Positions 1 through 9,314 of a stretch of 38,262 nucleotides of DNA are shown in pieces. Where the stretch lies: positions 1 through 38,262 of the forward strand of contig JBHHUC010000016.1 in the NCBI GenBank assembly GCA_046861395.1, given 5' to 3'. A program made the translations under genes and the position numbers. The notes below the pieces were generated by a model, which did not search any database, had not been told where the DNA came from, and worked only from the letters and a program-made list of their open reading frames with translations. The DNA is from Fidelibacterota bacterium. Lineage in GTDB: Bacteria > Fidelibacterota > Marinisomatia > Marinisomatales > JABMOV01. The stretch's first letter is position 1. Each line of letters starts with the position of its first letter.

Positions 1-1
1 G

Positions 2-799
2 GTATACCTAGTAGACCACACCCGGAATACACTCGTCCGGATTGGCGATCAGAATATGTCCTTTGATGATTTTCATCGGAGAAAAAATATCTTAACTCAG
101 GGAAAAATCACCGCGACGGTGGATTCCATGCACTATGCGGAAATCAAAAAAGGAATTCACTATTATGGTGCCGTTGGTGGGGGCCACAGCCACCGGCAAA
201 AACAAGAATGTGGGGGAGAAACGATCATTTATGATCACCGCTACCTTGGTGTGCTGGCAGGTATGGAACAAAAAACGCAAACCAAAAAACACGTGAATTA
301 TACCGGCGTTAACTTCATTTATACGCAAGATTCGTTTACTCGTACAAATGTAGATAAAAAATGGCGTCGTGAATCCAAACAGCGATTGATGGCGGCTACG
401 GCCTATGACAACATCAATTATAAATGGGTTGGACTCGGTATCGGAATTGCGGCCACAACGGGGCTTTCGGATACAAACCAAGTGTATCTGATTCCAACCG
501 GATATCTTCGGTTAGGTCCTCCTGTGTTTTTTGTTGAGAGCGGATTCATGGATCGTTTTGATCTTCGCCCCGAACCGCTACGTTTCCGTGTTGGTCTCGG
601 CTGGCGGCTCAAAGAGAATCTGGTGTTTGGAGCCGGCGTCACGAATTTTGGGGACCTGGCAGGATATTTTTTCCGTTTTCAAAACGGAAACAACCATTAT
701 AAACCAAGCCTGACCCTGATGAAAGTCAGCAGTGGTCTGGGATTGAGTATTTCCATTGAACCTTCCCCCAAAAAAGCGCAACAGTCTTATCAACATTAA
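2..799 (+). CDS. Hypothetical protein, 5'-truncated by the window edge; possibly outer-membrane beta-rich
   Basis: The frame is open from base 2 (VYLVDHTRNTLVRIGDQNM...) through the listed ATG at 56, so the true start is probably upstream. The C-terminal half has alternating hydrophobic/Gly strands (WVGLGIGIA, FRVGLGWRL, LVFGAGVTN). Confidence 0.6.
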   Translation, partial: VYLVDHTRNTLVRIGDQNMSFDDFHRRKNILTQGKITATVDSMHYAEIKKGIHYYGAVGGGHSHRQKQECGGETIIYDHRYLGVLAGMEQKTQTKKHVNYTGVNFIYTQDSFTRTNVDKKWRRESKQRLMAATAYDNINYKWVGLGIGIAATTGLSDTNQVYLIPTGYLRLGPPVFFVESGFMDRFDLRPEPLRFRVGLGWRLKENLVFGAGVTNFGDLAGYFFRFQNGNNHYKPSLTLMKVSSGLGLSISIEPSPKKAQQSYQH

Positions 800-836
800 T
801 TCCCCGGATGTAAGGCTACGGCGTAATTTCATTCCC

Positions 837-2390
837 ATGCAAACGGGACACGCAAGACGGCTCCTTATAATTTCCATTCTGCTTTGGCTCGCAGGTTGTA
901 CCCCGGATTCCTCGTCGAAGGATGCTCTTATATTAGCCTTTCCCGCCGATATCCGCGGTTTTGATCCTGCCACCGCCACCGATTTCCGCTCCGGACGCAC
1001 CATGTCCTTAGTCTATGATAATCTTGTTCGATTTGACCAGGGAACAGAACTGGTCCCCTGCCTGGCCCAATATTGGGACGTTTCCCCTGACGGCCGGACC
1101 TATACTTTTCACTTACGTCGGGACGCTCGGTTTTTTGACGGAACCCCAATCCGGGCCCGCGACGTTATTTATTCTTTTACACGTATATTACTCCCGGAAA
1201 CGCGTTCACCGCAGACCTGGCTTTTCGATCGCATTACCGGTGCCCGTGATGTTATTTCCGGCACAAAAAAAACGATCACCGGATTGAAGGCTGTGAACGA
1301 TACCACCCTGGTATTACGTCTGGATGAACCATTCGCTCCCTTTATTCAATACCTGGCTATGCCAACGGCTGCCATTGTGAACCAAAAACAGATTAAGACA
1401 ATTGCCACCCACCCTGCCGGGAGTGGACCCTGGCAATTGGAAACCTGGGACCGGGACGGCGAACTGGTTTTCATCCGGAATGAAGCTTACTGGGGCAAAC
1501 ATCCCAAGACATCCCGGTTGCGCATCAGGATTTTAGTAGAACCCATGACTCGCAGCGCAGAGTTTGAAGCCGGGAATTTGGATTTACTGGATATTCCCAA
1601 TGTGGAAATATCAGCCTGGCGGTCTGATCCCCGGTGGCGGGATCATATTTATACCGAAAGTGATCTCAGTCTGTATTATGTCGGCATGAACTGTTCCCGT
1701 CCGCCTTTCAATGATGTCCGGGTACGTCGGGCCATGAACTTGGCCCTGGATCGGGAGAAAATAATTGAAATATTACGTTTCGGCGTAGGTCAACCGGCAT
1801 CGGGACCTGTGCCCCCAGCCTTATTGTCGAGTCCGGCCCCAAATCCATATCCCTACGATCCTGAAAAAGCATTAGAGTTACTCCGGGAAGCCGGTTATGC
1901 GTCAGGACTGAAAACAAAACTCTGGGTGGCCGGCGATGCGGAAATGTATCATGTTCTGGAAGCCTTTCAATCCTATTGGGCCGCAGTGGGTGTCCAGGTG
2001 GAACTCCTTCGCAGTGACTGGAATGTATTCCGGACCGCGGTAAAAGAAGGGAAACCAGATATCTATTATCTCAGTTGGTTTGCCGATTATCCGGATGGTG
2101 AAAATTTTCTTTATCCCCTATTCCATTCCCGCGAATCCATGGCCAAACGAAACCGCTTTCATGATCCGGAAATTGATGCCATCATTGAAGAAATCCAGCG
2201 CCTGCCCGCCTGTAAAAGGCGACAGGAATTGATATCATTGGCCAACCGGAAAATATTTTCCGCTGCGCCCTGGGTCTTCCTCTGGTATTCCGAAAGCAAT
2301 ATCGTTTTACAACCCCGGCTCAAGGGTTTCTCATCCAAACTTATTTTCAATGCCCAGCGTTACGACGATTGGTATAAGGTCAAACAATGA
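837..2390 (+). CDS. Peptide/nickel ABC transporter substrate-binding lipoprotein (SBP family 5, DppA/OppA-like)
   Basis: Lipobox LAGC follows the ATG at 837 (MQTGHARRLLIISILLWLAGC). Family 5 motifs: FDPA, YDNLVRF, PCLA..W..S.DG..YTF.LR, GSGPW, PFND.RVR.A, YPYDPEKA..LL.EAG. Confidence 0.93.
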   Translation: MQTGHARRLLIISILLWLAGCTPDSSSKDALILAFPADIRGFDPATATDFRSGRTMSLVYDNLVRFDQGTELVPCLAQYWDVSPDGRTYTFHLRRDARFFDGTPIRARDVIYSFTRILLPETRSPQTWLFDRITGARDVISGTKKTITGLKAVNDTTLVLRLDEPFAPFIQYLAMPTAAIVNQKQIKTIATHPAGSGPWQLETWDRDGELVFIRNEAYWGKHPKTSRLRIRILVEPMTRSAEFEAGNLDLLDIPNVEISAWRSDPRWRDHIYTESDLSLYYVGMNCSRPPFNDVRVRRAMNLALDREKIIEILRFGVGQPASGPVPPALLSSPAPNPYPYDPEKALELLREAGYASGLKTKLWVAGDAEMYHVLEAFQSYWAAVGVQVELLRSDWNVFRTAVKEGKPDIYYLSWFADYPDGENFLYPLFHSRESMAKRNRFHDPEIDAIIEEIQRLPACKRRQELISLANRKIFSAAPWVFLWYSESNIVLQPRLKGFSSKLIFNAQRYDDWYKVKQ

Positions 2391-3322
2391 TAGGTTACCT
2401 TGCCAGACGGATTTTACACACCATTCCTGTCCTGTTGGGTGTCATCATCATTACGTTTATATTGATGTACATTGTACCGGGGGATCCGGTTCAATCCATG
2501 GTGGGTGAACGTTATGACGAAGCAACGGTGGAACGGTTGCGCCAGGAATTGCATCTGGACGATCCCCTCTGGTTGCAGTTTGGTCGTTATCTGGTGAATA
2601 TCCTCCGGGGCGATTTCGGAACCTCTTTCTATACCGGTGAAGCCGTAACCGACCAGATCAGAGATAAATTTCCCAACACGATGATTCTTGCTATCACCGC
2701 CATGGTTGTTGCCGTTCTGCTGGGCTTGACAGTGGGGATCATTTCTTCCCTGCGGCCAAGATCATGGCTGGACAAGGGAACCATGTTCGTGGCCTTAATC
2801 GGCATTTCGGCCCCGGTTTTCTGGGTGGGGTTAATGCTGGTCCTGGTTGTGGGGGTCTACTTGCGATGGCTGCCGCCCACCGGATTTGGCGGCATCGAAT
2901 ATGTTGTCCTTCCCGCCATCACCCTGGGGACCAGGTCCGCGGCTTATCTGGCCCGCCTGACTCGCGCCACCATGTTGGATGTCCTGGACCAGCCCTATAT
3001 CCGCACAGCCCGAATGAAGGGGTTACCAGAATGGAAAGTTATCCTCAAACATGCCTTTCCCAACACCTTGGTCCCGGTCATTACCGTTATTGGAACCGAC
3101 TTCGGCAGTTATCTCTCCGGCGCAGTTCTGACGGAATCCATTTTCGGCTGGCCAGGCTTGGGGCGATTGGCACTGGATGCGATCCTGAAACGTGATTTTC
3201 CCGTAATTCAGGGAACCGTGCTTTTCATGGCGCTCATGTTTATTCTGGCCAATCTCGTTGTCGATTTATTGTACGGCGTTGTGGATCCACGAATTCGCAG
3301 TGAACGGGGTGGCAAAGGGTGA
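2387..3322 (+). CDS. Peptide ABC transporter permease (DppB/OppB-like)
   Basis: PGDP, LDDPLW.QF, GDFGTS and the EAA loop YIRTARMKGL; ends in DPRIR. 4-nt overlap with the upstream gene. Confidence 0.93.
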   Translation: MIGYLARRILHTIPVLLGVIIITFILMYIVPGDPVQSMVGERYDEATVERLRQELHLDDPLWLQFGRYLVNILRGDFGTSFYTGEAVTDQIRDKFPNTMILAITAMVVAVLLGLTVGIISSLRPRSWLDKGTMFVALIGISAPVFWVGLMLVLVVGVYLRWLPPTGFGGIEYVVLPAITLGTRSAAYLARLTRATMLDVLDQPYIRTARMKGLPEWKVILKHAFPNTLVPVITVIGTDFGSYLSGAVLTESIFGWPGLGRLALDAILKRDFPVIQGTVLFMALMFILANLVVDLLYGVVDPRIRSERGGKG

Positions 3323-4350
3323 AAAACGATATTCGTTCTCCCTGGCAGGTGACGCGACAGCGCCTACTGGCCGACCGGGCGGCCTTGGTTGGTCTTTTTC
3401 TAATCGGGATTATTGTCATTGCCGGCCTGTTTGCCCCTCTTCTGGCACCTCAGGATCCCGACGCTCAGGTTCTGGAGTTCATGAATAAACCACCGGGATT
3501 TAAAGGGGAAATCATTCGTTTTCATTACCGTCCCGATTTGCCGTTACAACTGGTGGCGGTTACTGATATACAGGTTAATGGTGTTCGTGTCGCCTATACA
3601 GATCAACTGGGTCGTACGTTGACGCTGCACCAGTCACAGTTGGCCGGAGAACCGGAGTCGGAATGGCATCAGACCCGCCGTTATTGGCTGGGCACCGATA
3701 ATTTCGGCCGCGATGTTCTGTCCCGGCTGCTGTACGGCGCGCGGATTTCGCTTCTGGTGGGGATCAGTGCATCCACACTGTCCCTGATCGTTGGTCTGAT
3801 TCTGGGGGCCATTGCTGGTTTTTGGGGCGGCTGGTTGGAAACAATCATCATGCGTTTTACCGATATCATGTTTGGGTTTCCCACTCTGCTTTTCTTAATT
3901 GGTATTACTGCTGCCTTTGAGCCCAGTCTGACAGTGGTTTTCATTGCCATCGGCTTTGTGTCCTGGCCGGGAATGGCCCGCCTCATGCGAGGTCAGGTTT
4001 TATCCGTAAAGGAACGGGAATTCGTGAAAGCGGCCCAGGTTCTGGGGTTCAGTCGCTGGCGTATTCTGTGGCGCCATGTTGTTCCCAACTGCCTGGCTCC
4101 GGTCATTGTGGCGTATACCCTGGGAATTGCCGGCGCCATCATGGCGGAAGCCAGCCTTTCCTTCCTGGGTCTGGGTGCCCAACCCCCTACACCCAGTTGG
4201 GGCGCCATGATTAATACCGGGAAGGACTTTCTCCGCTTGGCGCCCTGGATATCAATGGCCCCCGGCATTGCCATTGCCATTACTGTCCTGGGTTTCAATC
4301 TATTGGGCGACAGCCTCCGGGACGCCCTTGACCCGACACTTAAATCGTAA
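3319..4350 (+). CDS. Peptide ABC transporter permease (DppC/OppC-like)
   Basis: GTG start overlapping the upstream stop. Motifs LGTDNFGRD, EFVKAAQVLG, EASLSFLGLG, PSWGAMI, GDSLRDALDP. Confidence 0.93.
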   Translation: MKNDIRSPWQVTRQRLLADRAALVGLFLIGIIVIAGLFAPLLAPQDPDAQVLEFMNKPPGFKGEIIRFHYRPDLPLQLVAVTDIQVNGVRVAYTDQLGRTLTLHQSQLAGEPESEWHQTRRYWLGTDNFGRDVLSRLLYGARISLLVGISASTLSLIVGLILGAIAGFWGGWLETIIMRFTDIMFGFPTLLFLIGITAAFEPSLTVVFIAIGFVSWPGMARLMRGQVLSVKEREFVKAAQVLGFSRWRILWRHVVPNCLAPVIVAYTLGIAGAIMAEASLSFLGLGAQPPTPSWGAMINTGKDFLRLAPWISMAPGIAIAITVLGFNLLGDSLRDALDPTLKS

Positions 4351-4417
4351 TGCGTATCGCCTCCGATCCGGGTTTTTCATTTTGGGAATTCCCGATCGGT
4401 CAGTAATCTTATGCCTT

Positions 4418-5716
4418 ATGTCTGTTGCGGATAAAATTCATTCCACCATTATAAACAATTGCAAGCCGGAGCAGGACCGCTGCATTGGCGTCGAAATCGA
4501 ATGTCTCTATTACGGTCCCGATGGTCACCGCCTGCCGGTAAATCCGGGAGAAAAATTTTCTGCCAGTGATATGCGTACAGAACTGGAGACGATTCTGGCA
4601 CCGGAACAGGCCGGCTTCAACCTGACGCTGGAGCCCGGGGGGCAACTGGAGTGGGCCTCACCACCATGCAAAACACTTTTTGATATTGATCGCTTCATGT
4701 CGAGCTACTTTGAGGCTGCCGGAAAAATCAGCGAACGGGAACAATTGATTCACCTGGATTTTTCACTGGATCCCCGCTACGTCCCCGAGGACATTCAGCT
4801 CATCGCTGAGAATAAATACAGGATTATGAACGACAGGTTTGCGTTGACCGGAGACCAGGGCTCGTGGATGATGCGGAATACCGCCAGCGTACAGATCAAT
4901 CTGGATTTTTCCACCGAAGAGGAGGCGGCAGAAATGGCCCATATCGGAGATGTTCTGTCGCCACTGGCGGCCATAGCATTTTCCCACTCTCCTTTTCGGC
5001 AGGGCAAACCGGTCGGATTGGAAAACATCCGTTACCAGGTCTGGGAAAATACCGATCGTGAGCGCTGTGGCTATCTGCTGGACAAGGGACTGAATCAGCC
5101 GGACAATCTGATACGGCAATATGTGGATATGGTAATCGGAACACCGGCCATTTTTGTGCGTGGCACCGATGAACAGCTAAGTCCCTTTGGCGGACCTCTG
5201 GGCACCTGGCTCGATGTCCTGGAAGAAAACCGGGTATTGCAACAGGATCACATTCTTCTGGCCCTGCATCAGATTTTTACTCATGTTCGTTTTAAAAATG
5301 TCCTTGAGCTAAGAATCAGCGATCGCCCACCGGCTGGTTCCGAATTGGCCCCGGCAGCATTTTGGCTGGGTCTTCTGTACTCGGAACCCATTCGCAAACA
5401 AACCAGGGAAGAGATTTCGCTGTGGACAGAACAGGAACGGTTCGATTTAAACCTTCTGGCACGACAGTTGGATATGGACCAGGCTGGACCTCGGGGAAAG
5501 CCGATTCGTTACTGGATAAATCATTTCATGTCCCTGGCCTTGCAGGGACTGGATGATCATTCCCGGGGACTGGAGCGTTCCGAAAGAGTGTATCTGGAAC
5601 GCTATCTGGATATCATTCTCCAGGGCGGCTCGCCGACAATTCAGGTTCAGGACCAGTTCTGGCAACGTGGCGTTTCCTTACAGGATTTCATCGTGGAACG
5701 GTATAGTCCGTTTTAG
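4418..5716 (+). CDS. gshA: Glutamate--cysteine ligase (GCS2 family, plant/alphaproteobacterial GshA or EgtA-like)
   Basis: IGVEIE, TLEPGGQLE, MMRNTASVQINLD, R..VW.NTD..RCG and H.IFTHVRFK.VLELR match GCS2 ligase motifs. Start moved to ATG 4418 because the longer ORF overlaps dppC. Confidence 0.8.
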   Translation: MSVADKIHSTIINNCKPEQDRCIGVEIECLYYGPDGHRLPVNPGEKFSASDMRTELETILAPEQAGFNLTLEPGGQLEWASPPCKTLFDIDRFMSSYFEAAGKISEREQLIHLDFSLDPRYVPEDIQLIAENKYRIMNDRFALTGDQGSWMMRNTASVQINLDFSTEEEAAEMAHIGDVLSPLAAIAFSHSPFRQGKPVGLENIRYQVWENTDRERCGYLLDKGLNQPDNLIRQYVDMVIGTPAIFVRGTDEQLSPFGGPLGTWLDVLEENRVLQQDHILLALHQIFTHVRFKNVLELRISDRPPAGSELAPAAFWLGLLYSEPIRKQTREEISLWTEQERFDLNLLARQLDMDQAGPRGKPIRYWINHFMSLALQGLDDHSRGLERSERVYLERYLDIILQGGSPTIQVQDQFWQRGVSLQDFIVERYSPF

Positions 5717-5719
5717 CGC

Positions 5720-6895
5720 ATGATGGGAACGTTGATCACGCATCCTTTTGGGCTTCTGGCTGTTCTCTGCGCCATTCCGGCCGGAATTTTTCTTCTGGCC
5801 GACCATCGGGTTATCGGGAAATTGTTCAAAATCGTTCCGGCCCTGGTTTTTGCGTATTTCATTCCATCCTTATTGTCGACCCTGCACATTATTCCGCAGC
5901 AGGCCCCCATTTTCAACAGCATTAAAACATTTATCCTACCGGCTAGTTTACTCCTATTAACGCTGGCTGTGGATATCGCCGGAATCATCAGGCTGGGACC
6001 GAAAGCCCTAATCATGTTTTTAGCTGGTACGCTGGGCGTTGTGGCTGGTGGACCGTTGTCGTTGTGGCTGTTTCAGTCCTATCTGCCTTCCGATATCTGG
6101 AAAGGAATGGCGGCCTTAGCCGGTTCCTGGATCGGTGGCGGCGCGAATTTTATTGCCATTGGAAAATCGGTCGGTGCCAGCGATACGACGCTGGGTACCA
6201 TGGTTATCGTTGATGTCGTGGTGGCGAATGTATGGATGGGAATTCTTTTATTTCTCGCCGGGCGCTACCAGGCCTTTGACCGCTGGTTGGGAGCGGATAA
6301 TTCGGCGGTGGAAGCATTGAAGGACAAGGTGGTTGCATTTCAGGAAAAGGCCGCCCGGATTCCCACAACGAGCGACTACATGACCATTCTGGCGCTGGCC
6401 TTTGGCGGTTCGTGGCTGTGTTATCTGGCCGGCCAGGCCCTGCCTCCGATCGGAGTAATCATTTCCCACACAACCTGGACTGTAATTCTCATTACCACCT
6501 TGGGTGTGACGCTCTCCTTTACCCGGATAAAATATTTGGAAGGAGTCGGTGCCTCAAAAATCGGGACATTCATGTTATATCTGCTGATCGGTGTTATCGG
6601 TGCTCACGCCGATTTTACTGCTGTCGCGGAATATCCCTACCTGATTCTGATGGCCTTTTCCTGGATTCTGGTACATATTATTGTATTGTTGCTATTTATG
6701 CGCCTACTGAAGGCACCGTTATTCTTCATGGCGGTCGGCAGCCAGGCTAATATCGGCGGTGCTGCGTCTGCACCAATTGTCGCCGCTGCTTTTCATCCGG
6801 CACTGGCGTCGGTAGGTGTTATGCTGGGAATTGCCGGATATGTTCTGGGCACCTATGCGGCTCTGATCTGTGCCTGGTTGCTGCGGTTAGTATAG
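5720..6895 (+). CDS. DUF819 family multi-pass membrane protein (putative transporter)
   Basis: About 11-12 hydrophobic segments with the signature motifs GSWIGGGANF and SQANIGGAASAP, and GY..GTY near the C-terminus. Confidence 0.85.
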   Translation: MMGTLITHPFGLLAVLCAIPAGIFLLADHRVIGKLFKIVPALVFAYFIPSLLSTLHIIPQQAPIFNSIKTFILPASLLLLTLAVDIAGIIRLGPKALIMFLAGTLGVVAGGPLSLWLFQSYLPSDIWKGMAALAGSWIGGGANFIAIGKSVGASDTTLGTMVIVDVVVANVWMGILLFLAGRYQAFDRWLGADNSAVEALKDKVVAFQEKAARIPTTSDYMTILALAFGGSWLCYLAGQALPPIGVIISHTTWTVILITTLGVTLSFTRIKYLEGVGASKIGTFMLYLLIGVIGAHADFTAVAEYPYLILMAFSWILVHIIVLLLFMRLLKAPLFFMAVGSQANIGGAASAPIVAAAFHPALASVGVMLGIAGYVLGTYAALICAWLLRLV

Positions 6896-6914
6896 CCTAA
6901 AGCCGGGCGTTTGG

Positions 6915-7247
6915 TTACCGCACCCAGATATAGGTGACGGCCCGGTTTTTTCGCCCCAGATCCGTGTCCGGGGGATATCCGCAGGCGGCACGCATTGCAG
7001 CACTGGTTTTGTCGAAGGCATCGTAGTTTTCCCCATGAACTACAGCCAGAAAACGACCGGTTTGTTCATTACACCAGTCGCGAACAGCTTGCCGTAACCG
7101 TCCCCGGCCATGTCCGTGAACCACCTTAATAACACGAATCTTACCCTCAAAAATCGCCTGACTGACTTCTGTTTCCAGAATCGACAGGGCGGTATCCAGA
7201 GGATAATTCCGGTGTCCAATATCAAGTTTTTTCATCGCTGAAGACAT
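6915..7247 (-). CDS. Stand-alone Smr/MutS2-C-terminal domain protein
   Basis: KLDIGH...LDTAL..LE...VIKVVHGHGRGRLRQAVRDW...N.AVTYIWVR is an Smr fold pattern. Start at 7247 or 7235; the longer ORF overlaps the divergent gene. Confidence 0.75.
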   Translation of the reverse strand: MSSAMKKLDIGHRNYPLDTALSILETEVSQAIFEGKIRVIKVVHGHGRGRLRQAVRDWCNEQTGRFLAVVHGENYDAFDKTSAAMRAACGYPPDTDLGRKNRAVTYIWVR

Positions 7248-7307
7248 AAAATGGGGTGTGAGTTTAATGTAAAGGTGGTCTAATTTCTTCCAAATTTTAT
7301 TGATAGA

Positions 7308-8045
7308 ATGATTATGAAACCACGCATTGGCATAAACCCCTATCATTTTCGCCACCAGGATGTGATCTGGAACGGAACCAGGGAAAAATATTACCATGCC
7401 GTGTGGCAGGGTGGCGGTATTCCCATGACGCTGCATCACTCGGATTCGGATTTTTTTGCAGACGATATTGCTTCCGCCATCGATGGTTTGCTGATGGTTG
7501 GCGGTGATGATATATCACCGGAAACCTATCACAGTAATCATCCGGAACTGGTTGTCCAACCCGTTCTGTCGCAAGAACGGGAAGCCTTTGACCGGGCAAT
7601 TTATCAGGCCGTATTAACATCAGGGAAACCGATTCTGGCAATTTGTGTGGGCTTGCAACAGATTAATGTGATTCATGGTGGAACTCTGTATGAGGATTTG
7701 CCGACTCTGTTTTCCGGGTCCATTAATCACGGTGAATTTAACGGACCCTGGGTGGAACACCCTGTCATATTGTCCAAAGATTCACTGGTGGCAGGCATCA
7801 TGGGAACGGCAAACCCGTTGGTGGCCAGTACGCATCATCAGGGAATCAAAGCTCTGGGACGGGATCTGATTGCCACCGGCCGGACATCAGACGGTTTGAT
7901 TGAAGCGATGGGCCACCGGGACCACCCTGAAACACTGGTTGCTGTCCAATGGCATCCGGAAATTCTGATTCAACGCCCGGAACACCTGAATCTATTCCGG
8001 TGGCTGGCCCACGCGGCTTCCGCCAGAAAGGAAAATACACTATGA
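7308..8045 (+). CDS. Gamma-glutamyl-gamma-aminobutyrate hydrolase family protein (peptidase C26, PuuD-like)
   Basis: KPRIGI, DGLLMVGG.DI.P..Y, nucleophile elbow AICVGLQQINV, STHHQGI and VQWHPE (Cys-His-Glu triad intact). The start may be 7314. Confidence 0.88.
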   Translation: MIMKPRIGINPYHFRHQDVIWNGTREKYYHAVWQGGGIPMTLHHSDSDFFADDIASAIDGLLMVGGDDISPETYHSNHPELVVQPVLSQEREAFDRAIYQAVLTSGKPILAICVGLQQINVIHGGTLYEDLPTLFSGSINHGEFNGPWVEHPVILSKDSLVAGIMGTANPLVASTHHQGIKALGRDLIATGRTSDGLIEAMGHRDHPETLVAVQWHPEILIQRPEHLNLFRWLAHAASARKENTL

Positions 8046-9013
8046 AAACTATTACCCTGGGACGAACCGGAGAAACGGTATCCCGAATCAGTTTGGGAAC
8101 CTGGTCTTACGGAGGTGAAAACACATCCGGAACTACATCAGTAGGCTGGGCAGGGCAAAACGATTCCGACTCGGTGGCTGCGCTGAAAAAAGCATGGGAA
8201 CTGGGAATCCGTCACTGGGATACGGCTGACGTATACGGCAACGGACGGTCGGAAAAGATTATCGGTACCATGTGGAAATTCTTACCCCGCCGGGATATCT
8301 TTCTGGCCACCAAGGTGGGTTGGGACAGGGGCGGTTATTCGCAATGGTATCATCCGGATATGATGCGACAACACCTGGAAAATTCCCTCCGCAATCTTCA
8401 GGTTGATGAAATCGATTTATACTATTTACACCATTGTCTGTTTGAATCCGATACCATATTGGAGGATGCTATTGCTCAGTTGCACCGTTTTCGCGAGGAA
8501 GGAAAAATCCGGTTTATTGGGCTTTCTGACTGGGATTCGGAGAAAATCATGCAATTTATTGCCCGGGTTGATCCCGATGTCGTGCAGCCCTATCGCAGTG
8601 TTTACGACGACACTTATGCCTCTAGCGGTTTAAAACAATGGGTGGAAGATCATAATGTGGGGGTTTGCTTTTTTTCGCCATTAAAACATGGACTTTTAAC
8701 GGGGAAATATGAAAAACCGGTGTCGTTTCCGGAGGGTGACTTTCGCCGAAATGTCCCGGAATTTGGCGATCCCACAGTTATTACCCTCATGCAGGAGAAT
8801 AGGGCGAAGTTGATATCCCGGTTTTCAAATCATCCCCAACCCGTTATCCACGGTGTTGTAGATGCCCTGCTCACCGATGCCCCCACCGGCTGTGTTTTGC
8901 TGGGGCAAAGGAACCCTGCCCAAGTCGTTTCGGCAGCGACCCTGGGCACGCCTTTGTCGGAAACAGATGCAGCCCGGGTCAGGTCACTTTTTCTTCATCG
9001 GAAAGGCAAATAA
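8042..9013 (+). CDS. Aldo/keto reductase
   Basis: LG.TG..VS.I.LGTW, WDTADVYG.G.SE, ATK, SL.NL..D.IDLYYLH, EGKIRFIGLS, SPL..GLLTGKY. The ATG at 8042 overlaps the upstream stop. Confidence 0.92.
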   Translation: MKTITLGRTGETVSRISLGTWSYGGENTSGTTSVGWAGQNDSDSVAALKKAWELGIRHWDTADVYGNGRSEKIIGTMWKFLPRRDIFLATKVGWDRGGYSQWYHPDMMRQHLENSLRNLQVDEIDLYYLHHCLFESDTILEDAIAQLHRFREEGKIRFIGLSDWDSEKIMQFIARVDPDVVQPYRSVYDDTYASSGLKQWVEDHNVGVCFFSPLKHGLLTGKYEKPVSFPEGDFRRNVPEFGDPTVITLMQENRAKLISRFSNHPQPVIHGVVDALLTDAPTGCVLLGQRNPAQVVSAATLGTPLSETDAARVRSLFLHRKGK

Positions 9014-9037
9014 AAAAAGGGCCCATCTGGGCCCTTT
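9012..9037. terminator. Intrinsic, probably bidirectional terminator between convergent genes
   Basis: Stem AAAGGGCCC (9016-9024), loop ATCT, GGGCCCTTT (9029-9037). The A-run on the left gives a U-tail on the minus strand. Confidence 0.8.
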
Positions 9038-9055
9038 CAAGGGTGCCGGGATTGA

Positions 9056-9262
9056 CTACTCCTCCTTTTTGGCCGTGCTGAATTTGAAAGGCATATAGAG
9101 AAGGCAACAGCGGAAAAGGGCCGTCAACACCAATATCCAGGCAAGATTGGCCCAAACGCAATAGTAACCGGTGATTAGGTAGTAAGCATAATGAACAATC
9201 AGAATACCACTACCGGTTATCAAACGGATCCTACGATCCGTTTTTCCCACATTGCATTTCAT
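9056..9262 (-). CDS. DUF2892 (YgaP-like) small membrane protein
   Basis: MKCNVGKTDRRIRL..G, two TM segments and LTALFRCC.LY..F..ST; AAGGAG SD upstream. Confidence 0.85.
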   Translation of the reverse strand: MKCNVGKTDRRIRLITGSGILIVHYAYYLITGYYCVWANLAWILVLTALFRCCLLYMPFKFSTAKKEE

Positions 9263-9314
9263 AAAAATTCTCCTTCTTTATTCTGACAAATATACAAAGG
9301 AGAAATAACTGGAG

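Noticed and set aside
4363..4399. Imperfect hairpin CCGATCCGGG...CCCGATCGG after dppC as a terminator
   Set aside because: Bulged stem, long loop and no following U-tract; too weak to call.
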